From an uncultured archaeon (GTDB lineage Archaea; Altiarchaeota; Altiarchaeia; JAFGQM01): a DNA stretch of 64,000 bases. How positions within the stretch are numbered: the stretch's first letter is position 1; every line of letters begins with the position of its first letter. Of this stretch, positions 9,487 to 19,141 are shown piece after piece. The stretch spans positions 121,742 to 185,741 of the forward strand of contig CAZUDQ010000001.1 in assembly GCA_964619365.1 (NCBI GenBank), read 5' to 3'. The translations under genes and the position numbers were made by a program. The notes beneath the pieces are model-generated. The model did not search any database. It was not told the origin of the DNA and was given only the letters and a program-made list of their open reading frames with translations.

Positions 9487-11139
9487 ATGGAAACCCCTAA
9501 AGGAATTTCAAAGGCATGTGAAAAAGAAGCCAGTGATGCTCTTTTTTGGGCGGACAAATACGCAAGCGAAATAATAAACCGCAAGACTTACCTGTATTCG
9601 GATAAGGAATATGTGCTTCCAAAACATCCGACTGTAAAAACATCATCTTCACTTTCTGGAGTTCTTCATATCGGGCGACTTACTGATATCATACGGGGTG
9701 AAGCCGTACACCGTGCCCTTCAAAAGCAGGGTATTGATTCGACACTCATCTATGTCGCAGAAGATATGGACCCCTTGCGGAAGATTCCAAAGGGCGTCCC
9801 TGAAAGCTACCGTGAGTATATTGGAATGCCTGTTACTGATATACCAGATCCATTCGGATGCCATAAAACATATGCTGAACATCACGTTCAGGAATTCTTT
9901 AATATCTTCTCGGATTTTGTGGAGGAAGAGCCTACAAAATATTCCATGCGGGAAGAATATATCAAGGGAAATTTTGACGATTCTATAAAAAACGTCCTTG
10001 ACAATACTGCACATGTGCGTGAGATAATAAACGGCTTTAAGAGTGAGCCACTTGCCCCAGACTGGACGCCTTATCAGGTAGTCTGTGAGAACTGCGGCAA
10101 GATAATGACGACAAAAGTGACTGGCTATAATCCTGAGACTGGAAAGGTTGCCTATAAGTGCGTCGATTATGATTTTAAGAAGGAAAAGGCCCTTGGCTGC
10201 GGTTATGAGGGTGAAGTTGAACCCAAAGGCAAGAACGGAAAGCTTGTCTGGAAAAGCGAGTGGGCATGCCAGTGGAAGAGATGGGATGTTGTAGCAGAGG
10301 GTGCGGGGAAGGAATACATTGTTCCAAATAGCGCATTTTTTGTTAACGCCCACATCTGCGAGGATGTTGTCGGCTACCCTGCAATAACCCCGATATTCTA
10401 TGAATACATAACAATCGGTGGGGGCGATAAGATGAGTGCGTCAGTTGGAAACGTCGTTTATCCAAAGGACTGGTTAAGAATTGCTCCACCTGAAGCATTG
10501 CGTCTTCTTTTCCTAAAAAGGATTACAAAGACACGCGACTTTAAGTGGGACGACGTCCCCCGACTATTAGATGAGCTTGATGAGATTGAACGTGTCTACT
10601 ATGGACTTAAAGACGGTGGCAGCGCTACAGAGCATATAAAATGCCTTTATGAGGCGGCACTACCGCACGCGCCTGCAAAAGAATACCTAGCAAGGGCGCC
10701 TTACTCTATCTGCTCTCTTGCTTGGCAGGTTGGAGGGGGAAACTTAGAGCACGCAAACGAAGTACTTTTGCGACTTGGATACACGCCAAATGAACGGACT
10801 GATGCCCTATTGCCACTTGCAGGAACCTGGGGCAAAGAACATGGGGACGCAATAACAATTCAAAAGGAGATTCCAAAGGAGGCTTTTGCTTTATCCCCCA
10901 GTCAGAAAAAAGCTCTCGAAGATATTGCAGGTCTTCTTGGTCAAAAGAACTCATGGGAAGCAAAGGAATTTGCCAAGGGAATGTTTGGGATAGCTAAGGA
11001 AAACGACCTAAAGCCGCCTGAACTCTTTAAATCCGTCTATATCACACTTCTTGGAAAAGATCGCGGACCAAAAGCGGCGGCATTCATTCTTTCACTTGAA
11101 CCGGAATTTGCAAAAAACCGGCTTTTGCTTAAGGAATAA
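9487..11139 (+). CDS. lysS: Lysine--tRNA ligase, class I
   Basis: FWAD, SGVLHIG (HIGH-like), DPLRKIP, CENCG zinc knuckle, KMSASVGN (KMSKS-like), GPK C-terminal anticodon domain. Confidence 0.95.
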   Translation: METPKGISKACEKEASDALFWADKYASEIINRKTYLYSDKEYVLPKHPTVKTSSSLSGVLHIGRLTDIIRGEAVHRALQKQGIDSTLIYVAEDMDPLRKIPKGVPESYREYIGMPVTDIPDPFGCHKTYAEHHVQEFFNIFSDFVEEEPTKYSMREEYIKGNFDDSIKNVLDNTAHVREIINGFKSEPLAPDWTPYQVVCENCGKIMTTKVTGYNPETGKVAYKCVDYDFKKEKALGCGYEGEVEPKGKNGKLVWKSEWACQWKRWDVVAEGAGKEYIVPNSAFFVNAHICEDVVGYPAITPIFYEYITIGGGDKMSASVGNVVYPKDWLRIAPPEALRLLFLKRITKTRDFKWDDVPRLLDELDEIERVYYGLKDGGSATEHIKCLYEAALPHAPAKEYLARAPYSICSLAWQVGGGNLEHANEVLLRLGYTPNERTDALLPLAGTWGKEHGDAITIQKEIPKEAFALSPSQKKALEDIAGLLGQKNSWEAKEFAKGMFGIAKENDLKPPELFKSVYITLLGKDRGPKAAAFILSLEPEFAKNRLLLKE

Positions 11140-11285
11140 CTGACATACGCGTTTCATTAAATCAGGATTCGGTTTCAGGAATTTTTAGCTGGTGACAAGA
11201 AAACTGTTATCCTGTTTCGGACAAAATAAGAATAGGTTAGAGTGTAGTCTGCTTTTAACCCGAAAAATTAAAAAATAACAAAACA

Positions 11286-11645
11286 ATGACAATAATAGGA
11301 AACCTTATAAACGTTGGAGCAGAGCAAATTGAGGTGGTATCCAAAGCTGTGATGGGCTCGCAACGCAATGGCGGTGAATTCTTGTTCATCGGTAGAGGGG
11401 GCCCAACTCCTTATGCAATACTCATAATACAACTGATAATAATTGTGGCGGCAGTCGTGGTTCTTTGGTGGATATTCAAAAAACAAGAAGCTTCCTCAAA
11501 ATTGCACCGCGGGGAAAGCCCTCTTGACATACTCAATAAGAGATATGCGACAGGGGGAATCTCAAAGGCACAGTTTGAAGAGATAAAAAAGGATATAGGA
11601 ACTTCTGTAAAAACAACGGAGAAGAAAATAAAAAAAGATTCATAA
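11286..11645 (+). CDS. SHOCT-domain membrane protein
   Basis: Single TM helix followed by PLDILNKRYATGGISKAQFEEIKKDI. Confidence 0.8.
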   Translation: MTIIGNLINVGAEQIEVVSKAVMGSQRNGGEFLFIGRGGPTPYAILIIQLIIIVAAVVVLWWIFKKQEASSKLHRGESPLDILNKRYATGGISKAQFEEIKKDIGTSVKTTEKKIKKDS

Positions 11646-11652
11646 ATCATAA

Positions 11653-12066
11653 ATGGAGATATCTGAAAAAAAACTTGCAATAGGGATTGCAACGCTTCTC
11701 GGGCTTGCTATAATCTTTGCTTGGATAAGCGGGAGTTATAGTGTAGAGACTGGAGAAGAGCTCTCATTTGAGGTATACTTAATAACAATTGTCGCATTTG
11801 TTGCGGGGGCTTTTGTCGCAATACTTTTCCAGTCTTCAAGAGGTAAAGCAGAGCTTGAGCGTGTGCTTAAGGTTCTCCCCGGAGACGAACGCACAGTCAT
11901 AAAGATACTCCTTGAAAACAACGGTAAAATCGAACAGAACTATCTTGTCGTGCTTTCAGGTTTTAATAAAGTCAAGGTATCAAGAATAGTTGCAAAACTT
12001 GAAGAACGGGGCGTTATTGACAAAAAATTCCTCGGAAACACAAACTACCTCATCTTAAAAGTCTAG
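11653..12066 (+). CDS. Membrane-anchored winged-helix DNA-binding protein
   Basis: Two TM helices then LPGDER.VI..L....G.I.Q..L...SGFNKVKVSRIVAKLEERGVI.K...G.TN. Confidence 0.78.
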   Translation: MEISEKKLAIGIATLLGLAIIFAWISGSYSVETGEELSFEVYLITIVAFVAGAFVAILFQSSRGKAELERVLKVLPGDERTVIKILLENNGKIEQNYLVVLSGFNKVKVSRIVAKLEERGVIDKKFLGNTNYLILKV

Positions 12067-12075
12067 AAGCTTTAT

Positions 12076-12381
12076 TCAATCTTTGACAGGACTTGTACTG
12101 CCACACCAAAAACAAAGAAGTTTAGCTCCGGTTTTTGAAACGGGCGCGTGGACATCTGTTGTGTTGTTTATGAAAAAATCGCCTTTTTTATGTTTTCCTT
12201 TTTCATCTTCGAGTTCGCCCTCTAAGACATACACCCATTCGATATCATCATGGTAATGTGGCTTGTCGGATAGGTTCGGGGCAATCTCGATTATATCCAG
12301 TTGCATCTTCTTTTCCTCGTATCTGGCAAGAGGCTTTCTGCGAACGCCGTCTCTAACCTGAATCCACTCATCTTCTGTCAT
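12076..12381 (-). CDS. Cupin-domain protein
   Basis: PHYH...EWVYVLEG and GDFF......H cupin motifs. Confidence 0.82.
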   Translation of the reverse strand: MTEDEWIQVRDGVRRKPLARYEEKKMQLDIIEIAPNLSDKPHYHDDIEWVYVLEGELEDEKGKHKKGDFFINNTTDVHAPVSKTGAKLLCFWCGSTSPVKD

Positions 12382-12884
12382 TCTGTTAAACTGCTTGCTA
12401 TCTTTTGGCCGAATGCTTTTGCCGCACCCGGGCCATTTGCCGTGATTATCTTGCCATCTGCTTCTAGCTCAGTTCCCGTCCAAATGGCTCCATGCTCTTT
12501 TAGTGAGCCTTCTTGGGACGGCCATGCAGTCGCTTTTATGCCATCTAAGACTCCTGCGTTTGCAAGAGTTGTTGGGGCGATACATATCGCGGCAAGAATC
12601 TTTCCTTTTTCCTTAGCATCCCTTGCAATCGACCAGGCGTTTTGGTCTTTAAAAAATACTGAAGATCCCCCGCCTCCGATAAAGGCGATAGCTGCGTAAT
12701 CATCAACATTAAGTTCTGGAAGAGTGATACTTGCCTCAGCGCGACCCCCAAGAACTCCCGTTAGCTCTCCTTTTTTTGTACTTGCGCTAACTACTTTTAT
12801 TCCTTTCTTTTCCAGTTCCTCTTTTGTGTCGAAATATTCTTCGTCCCTGAAATCACTCGGGGCAACTATCAATAAAACTTTCAT
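12378..12884 (-). CDS. DJ-1/PfpI family protein
   Basis: DFRDEE, FIGGGG, AAICIAP nucleophile Cys, ITANGP; start placed at MKVLL (12884). Confidence 0.92.
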   Translation of the reverse strand: MKVLLIVAPSDFRDEEYFDTKEELEKKGIKVVSASTKKGELTGVLGGRAEASITLPELNVDDYAAIAFIGGGGSSVFFKDQNAWSIARDAKEKGKILAAICIAPTTLANAGVLDGIKATAWPSQEGSLKEHGAIWTGTELEADGKIITANGPGAAKAFGQKIASSLTE

Positions 12885-13554
12885 TTTCCAGTCCGTCATT
12901 CGTTATTTTAAAGATACATGATGCGCCCTCTTTTTTTGTCGGGTGGCGAGTTAGGGTTGCTCGGCGCGATGTCCCTTCCTTTTCAAGTTTTATTGTTGTT
13001 TTTGTCCAGTATTTTAGTACGTCGCGGCCAACCGGAACGACTTCGCTTTTATTGTCTTTGGAGTCGCCTTTTGTAAATGAAGAATATACTTGATTGGTAA
13101 CAATTACTGGAATCTTATACTTTCTTGCAATCTTAGAGAGAAGGGCGAGCTGGCGGGAAAGCTCCCTGTTTGTCCTGTATGCGTCTTCTCCTGATGACAT
13201 TTCAAGGCGATAAAGTGAAACTAGTGAATCCACTATGACAAGACCGACGTTGCCATCTATGCATAAATCCTGAATTTTCCCTATTGCAATCTTTTGCTCG
13301 TCAAAATCAGCCGGTTCTGCAATCAATATTGATTTTAGAAGCTCCTGGGTATCGCTTTTTGTCAGTTGTTTAAAGCGTTCTGTTGAAAATGAGCCTTCGC
13401 TGTCAATGAAAACTGCGCGCTTGCCAGATTTTGCGCACTCTATTGCCGCAAGCATGCAGATATTTGTCTTGCCTGATGCCGCTTCCCCATATATCTGGGA
13501 AATTGTCTTTGGCAAAAAGTTTGTTAGTTCCTTGACTGAAAGTCCCTCATCCAT
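12853..13554 (-). CDS. radB: DNA repair and recombination protein RadB
   Basis: QIYGEAASGKTN, FIDSEGSFS.ERF, VIVDS, VTNQVY, RH motif; lacks the RadA N-terminal HhH domain. Confidence 0.92.
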   Translation of the reverse strand: MDEGLSVKELTNFLPKTISQIYGEAASGKTNICMLAAIECAKSGKRAVFIDSEGSFSTERFKQLTKSDTQELLKSILIAEPADFDEQKIAIGKIQDLCIDGNVGLVIVDSLVSLYRLEMSSGEDAYRTNRELSRQLALLSKIARKYKIPVIVTNQVYSSFTKGDSKDNKSEVVPVGRDVLKYWTKTTIKLEKEGTSRRATLTRHPTKKEGASCIFKITNDGLENESFIDSCPE

Positions 13555-13641
13555 TTCTCTTTAATTTTGGGGCTTGAAGGTAAAAAGATTGTTGGGCTAT
13601 TGTTTTTTAGTCTTATGTCTGAATAATAATACAAGAGACAA

Positions 13642-15798
13642 ATGGTTTTTAAACTAAAGGTAGCAGAGGCTTTCAGAACTGATGTCGGGCGCGGTATCGT
13701 GCGTATCAGCGGCGATGTTATGGAGTCCCTTGGAATCGCAAGTGGGGGTGTTGTCGAGGTTCTCGGTAAAAGAAGGACTACTGCCGTTGCCTGGCGAGGT
13801 CATCCACAGGATGATGGACTTGATGTTGTTCGTATGGACGGTTTTGTCAGACACAATTGCGGCGTTTCGATGGGTGATAGCATTCTCATCAAGCGTGCAA
13901 ATCCCCAGGAGGCTGAAAGCGTTGAATTTGCTCCTGTAGAAAAAGTCAAAATATCTGGCAATTTTACCCAATACTTAAAACACAGGCTTCAGGGGAGAGC
14001 TCTTGTTGAAGGCGACAGAATAGTTGTCGGGGTTCTTGGCTCCACAATACCTTTTGTTGTTACAAAAACTGTTCCTTCAGGAATTGTAAGTATAACAGAA
14101 AGGACAAAGGTTGGGAGTAGTGCTTTTGGCTCTGGCTCAAAAGAAGAGCGTCCCATGCCAAAAATAACTTATGAGGATATAGGCAGTCTTGATTCGGAGA
14201 TAAAAAAGATCAGGGAAATGGTTGAGCTTCCCATGAAGCATCCTGAAATCTTTAAAAAACTTGGTATTGAACCACCAAAAGGTGTTCTTTTATATGGGCC
14301 ACCGGGAACTGGAAAGACGCTTCTTGCAAAGGCTGTAGCTTCAGAGATTGATGTTAACTTTGTCGTACTCAATGGTCCTGAAATAGTATCAAAGTGGTAT
14401 GGGCAATCAGAACAGAATCTAAGGAAAGTCTTTAAGGATGCAGAAGAGAGTGCACCGTCGGTGATATTCATTGATGAGATTGATGCCATTGCACCAAAAC
14501 GCTCAGAAGTCCAGGGTGAAGTCGAAAAAAGAATAGTCGCTCAGCTTCTAACTCTTCTTGACGGTCTTGAAAGCCGTGGGAATGTTATGGTTATAGGCGC
14601 AACAAACAGGGAAAGCGTATTAGATCCCGCCCTTAGACGCCCTGGGCGATTTGACCGTGAGATATCACTCGGAGTTCCTGACAAAGCAGGAAGACGCGAG
14701 ATACTTGAGATTCATACTCGCAGCATGCCTCTTGCAAAGAATGTAAAAATCGATGCGATTGCGGCAACTACCCATGGTTTTGTCGGGGCAGACCTTTCAG
14801 CACTTTGTAAGGAAGCCGCATTTGGCGTCCTCAGGCGACTCCTTCCCGAAATGGACCTTGAGAAGGGAGAGATTCCAGATGATGTGCTTGAGAAGCTCAT
14901 AGTTACAAAAAACGACTTTGATGAAGCATTAAAGAATATAGAGCCTTCTGCAATGCGCGAGGTTCTTGTTGAGACGCCCTCTTGTTCCTGGAAAGATATT
15001 GGTGGCTTAAAACACGTAAAAAATAATCTTACTCGGGTTGTCGAAAAACCGATACGCGAGCCTGAAACTTTCAAAAAATATGGTATAAAACCGGCGCGCG
15101 GTGTGCTTTTATATGGACCCCCAGGATGTGGAAAGACGCTTCTTGCAAGAGCTGTTGCCGGGGAGAGTGAAGCTAATTTCATCTCAGTAAAGGGACCTGA
15201 AGTTCTTAGTATGTGGCTTGGGGAGAGTGAAAAGGCCATACGAAACATCTTTAAGAAAGCAAGACAGGTGGCGCCGTGTGTAATCTTTTTTGATGAGATT
15301 GATGCCTTGGCAGGAAAGCGTGGATTTGACAATAGCCGCGCTGGCGACCGCGTATTAAACCAGCTTTTAACAGAGATGGATGGGATAGAAGAACTGGAAA
15401 ATGTAATAGTCCTTGCCGCGACAAACAGACCGGATCTTGTTGACGGGGCGCTTATGCGACCTGGAAGATTTGATCAGCTTGTTCTCGTGGGATCTCCTGA
15501 TAAAGAGGCACGCCTTAATATCTTTAAAGTCCATACAAGGGAGATGCCCGTCCAGAAAGTCAATTTTTCAGAACTTACTGAACTTACTGAAGGATACAGC
15601 GGAGCAGATATTGAAGCGGTATGTAGAGAGGCTGCGTATGCGGCAATGGATGAAAAAAGTGAAAAGGTCACAAACAAACATTTCCTGTCTGCTCTTGGAA
15701 AAGTCAGGCCGTCAATAAACGAATCTGAAATACGGGCTTATATTGACTACTCAAGGAAGTCAGGAGAGGGACCTTTAAACGAAGCTAGTTATGCTTAG
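13642..15798 (+). CDS. cdc48: CDC48/VAT family AAA+ ATPase (paralogue 1; ends in -SYA)
   Basis: N domain (DVGRGIVR..RMDG), two AAA modules GPPGTGKT and GPPGCGKT, Walker B IDEID/FDEID, RPGRFD. Confidence 0.96.
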   Translation: MVFKLKVAEAFRTDVGRGIVRISGDVMESLGIASGGVVEVLGKRRTTAVAWRGHPQDDGLDVVRMDGFVRHNCGVSMGDSILIKRANPQEAESVEFAPVEKVKISGNFTQYLKHRLQGRALVEGDRIVVGVLGSTIPFVVTKTVPSGIVSITERTKVGSSAFGSGSKEERPMPKITYEDIGSLDSEIKKIREMVELPMKHPEIFKKLGIEPPKGVLLYGPPGTGKTLLAKAVASEIDVNFVVLNGPEIVSKWYGQSEQNLRKVFKDAEESAPSVIFIDEIDAIAPKRSEVQGEVEKRIVAQLLTLLDGLESRGNVMVIGATNRESVLDPALRRPGRFDREISLGVPDKAGRREILEIHTRSMPLAKNVKIDAIAATTHGFVGADLSALCKEAAFGVLRRLLPEMDLEKGEIPDDVLEKLIVTKNDFDEALKNIEPSAMREVLVETPSCSWKDIGGLKHVKNNLTRVVEKPIREPETFKKYGIKPARGVLLYGPPGCGKTLLARAVAGESEANFISVKGPEVLSMWLGESEKAIRNIFKKARQVAPCVIFFDEIDALAGKRGFDNSRAGDRVLNQLLTEMDGIEELENVIVLAATNRPDLVDGALMRPGRFDQLVLVGSPDKEARLNIFKVHTREMPVQKVNFSELTELTEGYSGADIEAVCREAAYAAMDEKSEKVTNKHFLSALGKVRPSINESEIRAYIDYSRKSGEGPLNEASYA

Positions 15799-15886
15799 AC
15801 TGCATAAAGGATTAGTTCTGTTATAGGCCCAAGCTTTTAATCCACTGTTGGATAAATATACACCCAAACCAAGTTTATCCATTAAT

Positions 15887-17242
15887 ATGAGTCCTTGCTC
15901 CAAAATAGCGGTTTTTGGAATCGGTGGCGCAGGCTGTAAGATTGCAGGCAACTTAGCTGAGATGGCACCGGAAGGTCTTGAGATAGGTGTTATAGACAAA
16001 GATGAGCGCGACTTTGCAGGTCTTCCAGAAAGTGTAAAAAGGATAGATATCGGACAGGCTGTGGCTTGCAAGAATGGAAAGCCTTCTGAAGTAAAAGAAG
16101 CTGTTTCGCGCGATATCAAAAAAATAGAAGATGCACTTGAGGGGGCTGATATTGCAATAATCATTGCGAGCCTTGGCGGGAAAACTGGTGCTTGTCTTGC
16201 CGAATTTGTTTCAGAAGCATGTGAAAACATGGGTGTGACAACAATATTTGTCCCAATATACCCCGCATCAAATATGGGTATGGGAACAGACTTTGCAGAC
16301 TCGGTAATAAAACGCATGAGGAAAAAGGCAGACGCCGTTTTAATCATTGATAATAATTTGAAACTACGAAGTTCGGGAAAGCCCATGCTTTATGTTTTCA
16401 GAGAAGTAAACAGGCTTGTTGTCGAACTGGTTCTATTAATCTCCCATTCGGTTATGGGTCTTGGTGATACAAGTCTTGGCGAAGATGGTGTTCGCAGATT
16501 CTTTTGTGGCGAAAAGCAGTTCATTGTGACTTCTGGAAGAGAAGTCAGCCTTAAACGTGCTATTGAAGGGGCAATAAACGAGGCTGGAATGTATGCTGAA
16601 AAACCTATGATAAAAAGGGCGCTTGCCCTAGTATCAAGCCCTCGCGAACTTGACATTCTTGAGATGCGGGAGCTTAACACTTCAATGAGAAGAGAACTTA
16701 ATATTGACGATATTGAATGGTCATGTAGCTATGTTGGGGATGGCTATAACTCTTTTATTCTTGTTGCAGAAGTCGGAGAACTGCCGCTTGTAGACGGTGT
16801 TGAACTCCCGGCTGAGATTGAGCCCGAAGGGCCTGTTTCAATAAAGGAGGAAACCCCATATCCCAAAGGAGAGTTTGAGGTACTTGAAAAGACTGCTAAT
16901 GTAATAGATAAGAGCAACAATGACTTATTTGGCGGCATCATGCCTAAGGTTGAAACCGGAAAAGATATGCCTGGTCTTAATGTTAATCCATTGCCAGAGT
17001 GGAAGGGCGGTTCTGCAAGGGGCAGATTCAAGCGACAGGCTTTGATTGGTATAAACCGAGAAAAACCTAGGGACGCGCCAAAAGTAAAAGAAGAACCTGT
17101 TGTAGTTCCAGCCAAGGGCGAAGCGCGCCCTCCTGATGATGTATGGACTGCAGCATGTGAACTTTCGGGTCATCCCCCGACACCAAAGCCAAAAGAGAAG
17201 GAAAAGCCAAAGAAGGACAACTTTGGTATAGAATATATCTAA
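15887..17242 (+). CDS. Divergent FtsZ/tubulin-superfamily protein with degenerate GTPase motifs and long Pro/Glu/Lys-rich tail
   Basis: IAVFGIGGAGCKIA, ADIAIIIASLGGKTGA, ADAVLIIDNN resemble the FtsZ core; start placed at ATG 15887 (track uses TTG 15848). Confidence 0.75.
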   Translation: MSPCSKIAVFGIGGAGCKIAGNLAEMAPEGLEIGVIDKDERDFAGLPESVKRIDIGQAVACKNGKPSEVKEAVSRDIKKIEDALEGADIAIIIASLGGKTGACLAEFVSEACENMGVTTIFVPIYPASNMGMGTDFADSVIKRMRKKADAVLIIDNNLKLRSSGKPMLYVFREVNRLVVELVLLISHSVMGLGDTSLGEDGVRRFFCGEKQFIVTSGREVSLKRAIEGAINEAGMYAEKPMIKRALALVSSPRELDILEMRELNTSMRRELNIDDIEWSCSYVGDGYNSFILVAEVGELPLVDGVELPAEIEPEGPVSIKEETPYPKGEFEVLEKTANVIDKSNNDLFGGIMPKVETGKDMPGLNVNPLPEWKGGSARGRFKRQALIGINREKPRDAPKVKEEPVVVPAKGEARPPDDVWTAACELSGHPPTPKPKEKEKPKKDNFGIEYI

Positions 17243-17261
17243 GATTGTCAGTGATTATAAA

Positions 17262-18485
17262 ATGAATGAACAAAAAGTTTTGATGATTTCTTGTGTTTTT
17301 GTATTGCTTTTTAGTGCCATTTGCCTCGGGGATGTCAGTATTACAGATGAAGGTGATGTCGGTGTCAACGGGAAAAACGTCGCAAGAATAGAAGTGAAAA
17401 ACGAGTGCGATGGCGCAGCAAGCGTCTCTGCAAGCGTTGAGTGTTCAAGCCCGATAAGCTGCAGTGTTTCACCGACTAGCGCGACAATAGCTGAGAATGC
17501 TACAAAAAAGTTCACAGTAACGCTGACAGGAAGACTTTGGACGCAAACTTCCACAGTCACTTTTGAGATATCAGGTTCTTGTGAGGACGGTTCTGAGTTT
17601 ACTGAATCAACATCATTTGACGCAACGCCTCCTGATTATGACCTGGAAATCATCAGTCCAAAAAAGAAGATATCCATTGTGGAAAAAGAGGGGATAAGCA
17701 CAAGTTTTGATGCTGTTGTAAGAAACACTGGTGAGGGTGACTTAGAGGGTGTGGAAATAACCATAAAAAGTGTTTATAACACAACAAACTGTGACTGGGA
17801 TACCTCTCCAAATTCACTCAAGCCCGGAGAATCAGCAAGGTATAAGGTTACATGTCAAAACCTCACATTTAGCGGTCGTGACATAAGTATAGAAGCCAGC
17901 GAATCCCATGATGTCGCATTTGACAGTGAGCTTTTGCGAATAAATGTTGTTGGAGCCATAAAGAACCCGGGTCTTGAAATTCTTGCCCCGCTTGAAAACG
18001 AGCTATTCGAATTTACAGAACTGCCGGGCAAAGTCACTCTTGAGATAAATAATACAGGAAATGTTGATTTCTCGGACCTAAGTTTCCTTGTAGAAGGCAT
18101 GGAATCGTCATCAGACTCATTTAATCTTGCTGTAAACGAAGCACTAAACGTGACTGTTTTCCTTATGGCCCCCACAGGAAACGGGTATGCACGAATAGCC
18201 ATTCTTACTCCAGGTTCAAATTCAGCACTTGCTGAAGTCACTGTAAGGAGTTTTGTCGCAGAGTCCATTGAGATAACAGAACCTGTCTTAAATGAGACTC
18301 TAAATGAAACTGTCAATGAAACGATTGTTGAGAATAACACGACAAAAAGCGATGAAGAACTTCCTTTCTGGCTTGCAAGCAACATAATAAAGGGCATTCC
18401 TGATCTTGCTCTCTTTGTGGCAATTATCCTTGTTGTAGCAATAATTGTTTATATCGGATATAGGGAAGGTCCGGTAGCCAACTAA
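17262..18485 (+). CDS. Secreted, C-terminally anchored surface glycoprotein with Ig-like (CARDB/NEW3-like) domains
   Basis: Signal peptide, repeated V-x-N-T-G and L-x-PGES motifs, clustered N-x-T sequons (NETLNETVNET..NNTT), C-terminal TM helix. Confidence 0.75.
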   Translation: MNEQKVLMISCVFVLLFSAICLGDVSITDEGDVGVNGKNVARIEVKNECDGAASVSASVECSSPISCSVSPTSATIAENATKKFTVTLTGRLWTQTSTVTFEISGSCEDGSEFTESTSFDATPPDYDLEIISPKKKISIVEKEGISTSFDAVVRNTGEGDLEGVEITIKSVYNTTNCDWDTSPNSLKPGESARYKVTCQNLTFSGRDISIEASESHDVAFDSELLRINVVGAIKNPGLEILAPLENELFEFTELPGKVTLEINNTGNVDFSDLSFLVEGMESSSDSFNLAVNEALNVTVFLMAPTGNGYARIAILTPGSNSALAEVTVRSFVAESIEITEPVLNETLNETVNETIVENNTTKSDEELPFWLASNIIKGIPDLALFVAIILVVAIIVYIGYREGPVAN

Positions 18486-18491
18486 AGAAAA

Positions 18492-19124
18492 CTAGATACT
18501 TGTATCCGCGTGACGGGTTGCATAAATTATTCTTTGGATTGCGGTTAGGTTTGTAAGAACTGCGGTAAGTGCCAGAATGTATACCAAAAACGCTGGGTCA
18601 AAGTATCCAAGTATCATCGCAGCATAGACCAAAATAAGTCTTTCGGCGCGCTCAATAAATCCACCCATCGCCTTTAGTTTCTTTTCGTCTGTTATTACAC
18701 TTTTGTGGTCGGCATAGGCTTTAACAAATGTTGTCATAAATGCACCGAATATCAGTAGTGCAACCCATATGCTGTTTGGAATTCCAAGGATTTCTGTTGG
18801 GACAAGTGTCACATACGTGTAGATTAAGATACCCATGTAGAGCAGTATTTCAATGTATCTATCCACCACTCCGTCAAGAAACGCGCCAAAGTTTGTTGCC
18901 CTTCCCGTCGCACGGGCAACAGCGCCGTCTATCATATCCATTGCGCCTGCAAGAATAAAGAATGCAGCGCCAATAAGAAGCTTTCCGTAACAAAGCGCGA
19001 TAAGGCCTCCGAATGCTGGCAATATGGAGATAAGTGTCCACATGTTAGGTGACAAACCAAGTTTTGCAAATGCGATTCCGACTTTTATTGAAAAGCCGTT
19101 TGCAGTACCAGTATTCTTTAGCAT
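18492..19124 (-). CDS. CDP-alcohol phosphatidyltransferase, probably archaetidylinositol phosphate synthase
   Basis: DMIDGAVARATG..T.FGAFLDGVVDR signature; directly downstream of ino1. Confidence 0.88.
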   Translation of the reverse strand: MLKNTGTANGFSIKVGIAFAKLGLSPNMWTLISILPAFGGLIALCYGKLLIGAAFFILAGAMDMIDGAVARATGRATNFGAFLDGVVDRYIEILLYMGILIYTYVTLVPTEILGIPNSIWVALLIFGAFMTTFVKAYADHKSVITDEKKLKAMGGFIERAERLILVYAAMILGYFDPAFLVYILALTAVLTNLTAIQRIIYATRHADTSI

Positions 19125-19141
19125 TTTGTTTTTGTCTTATT

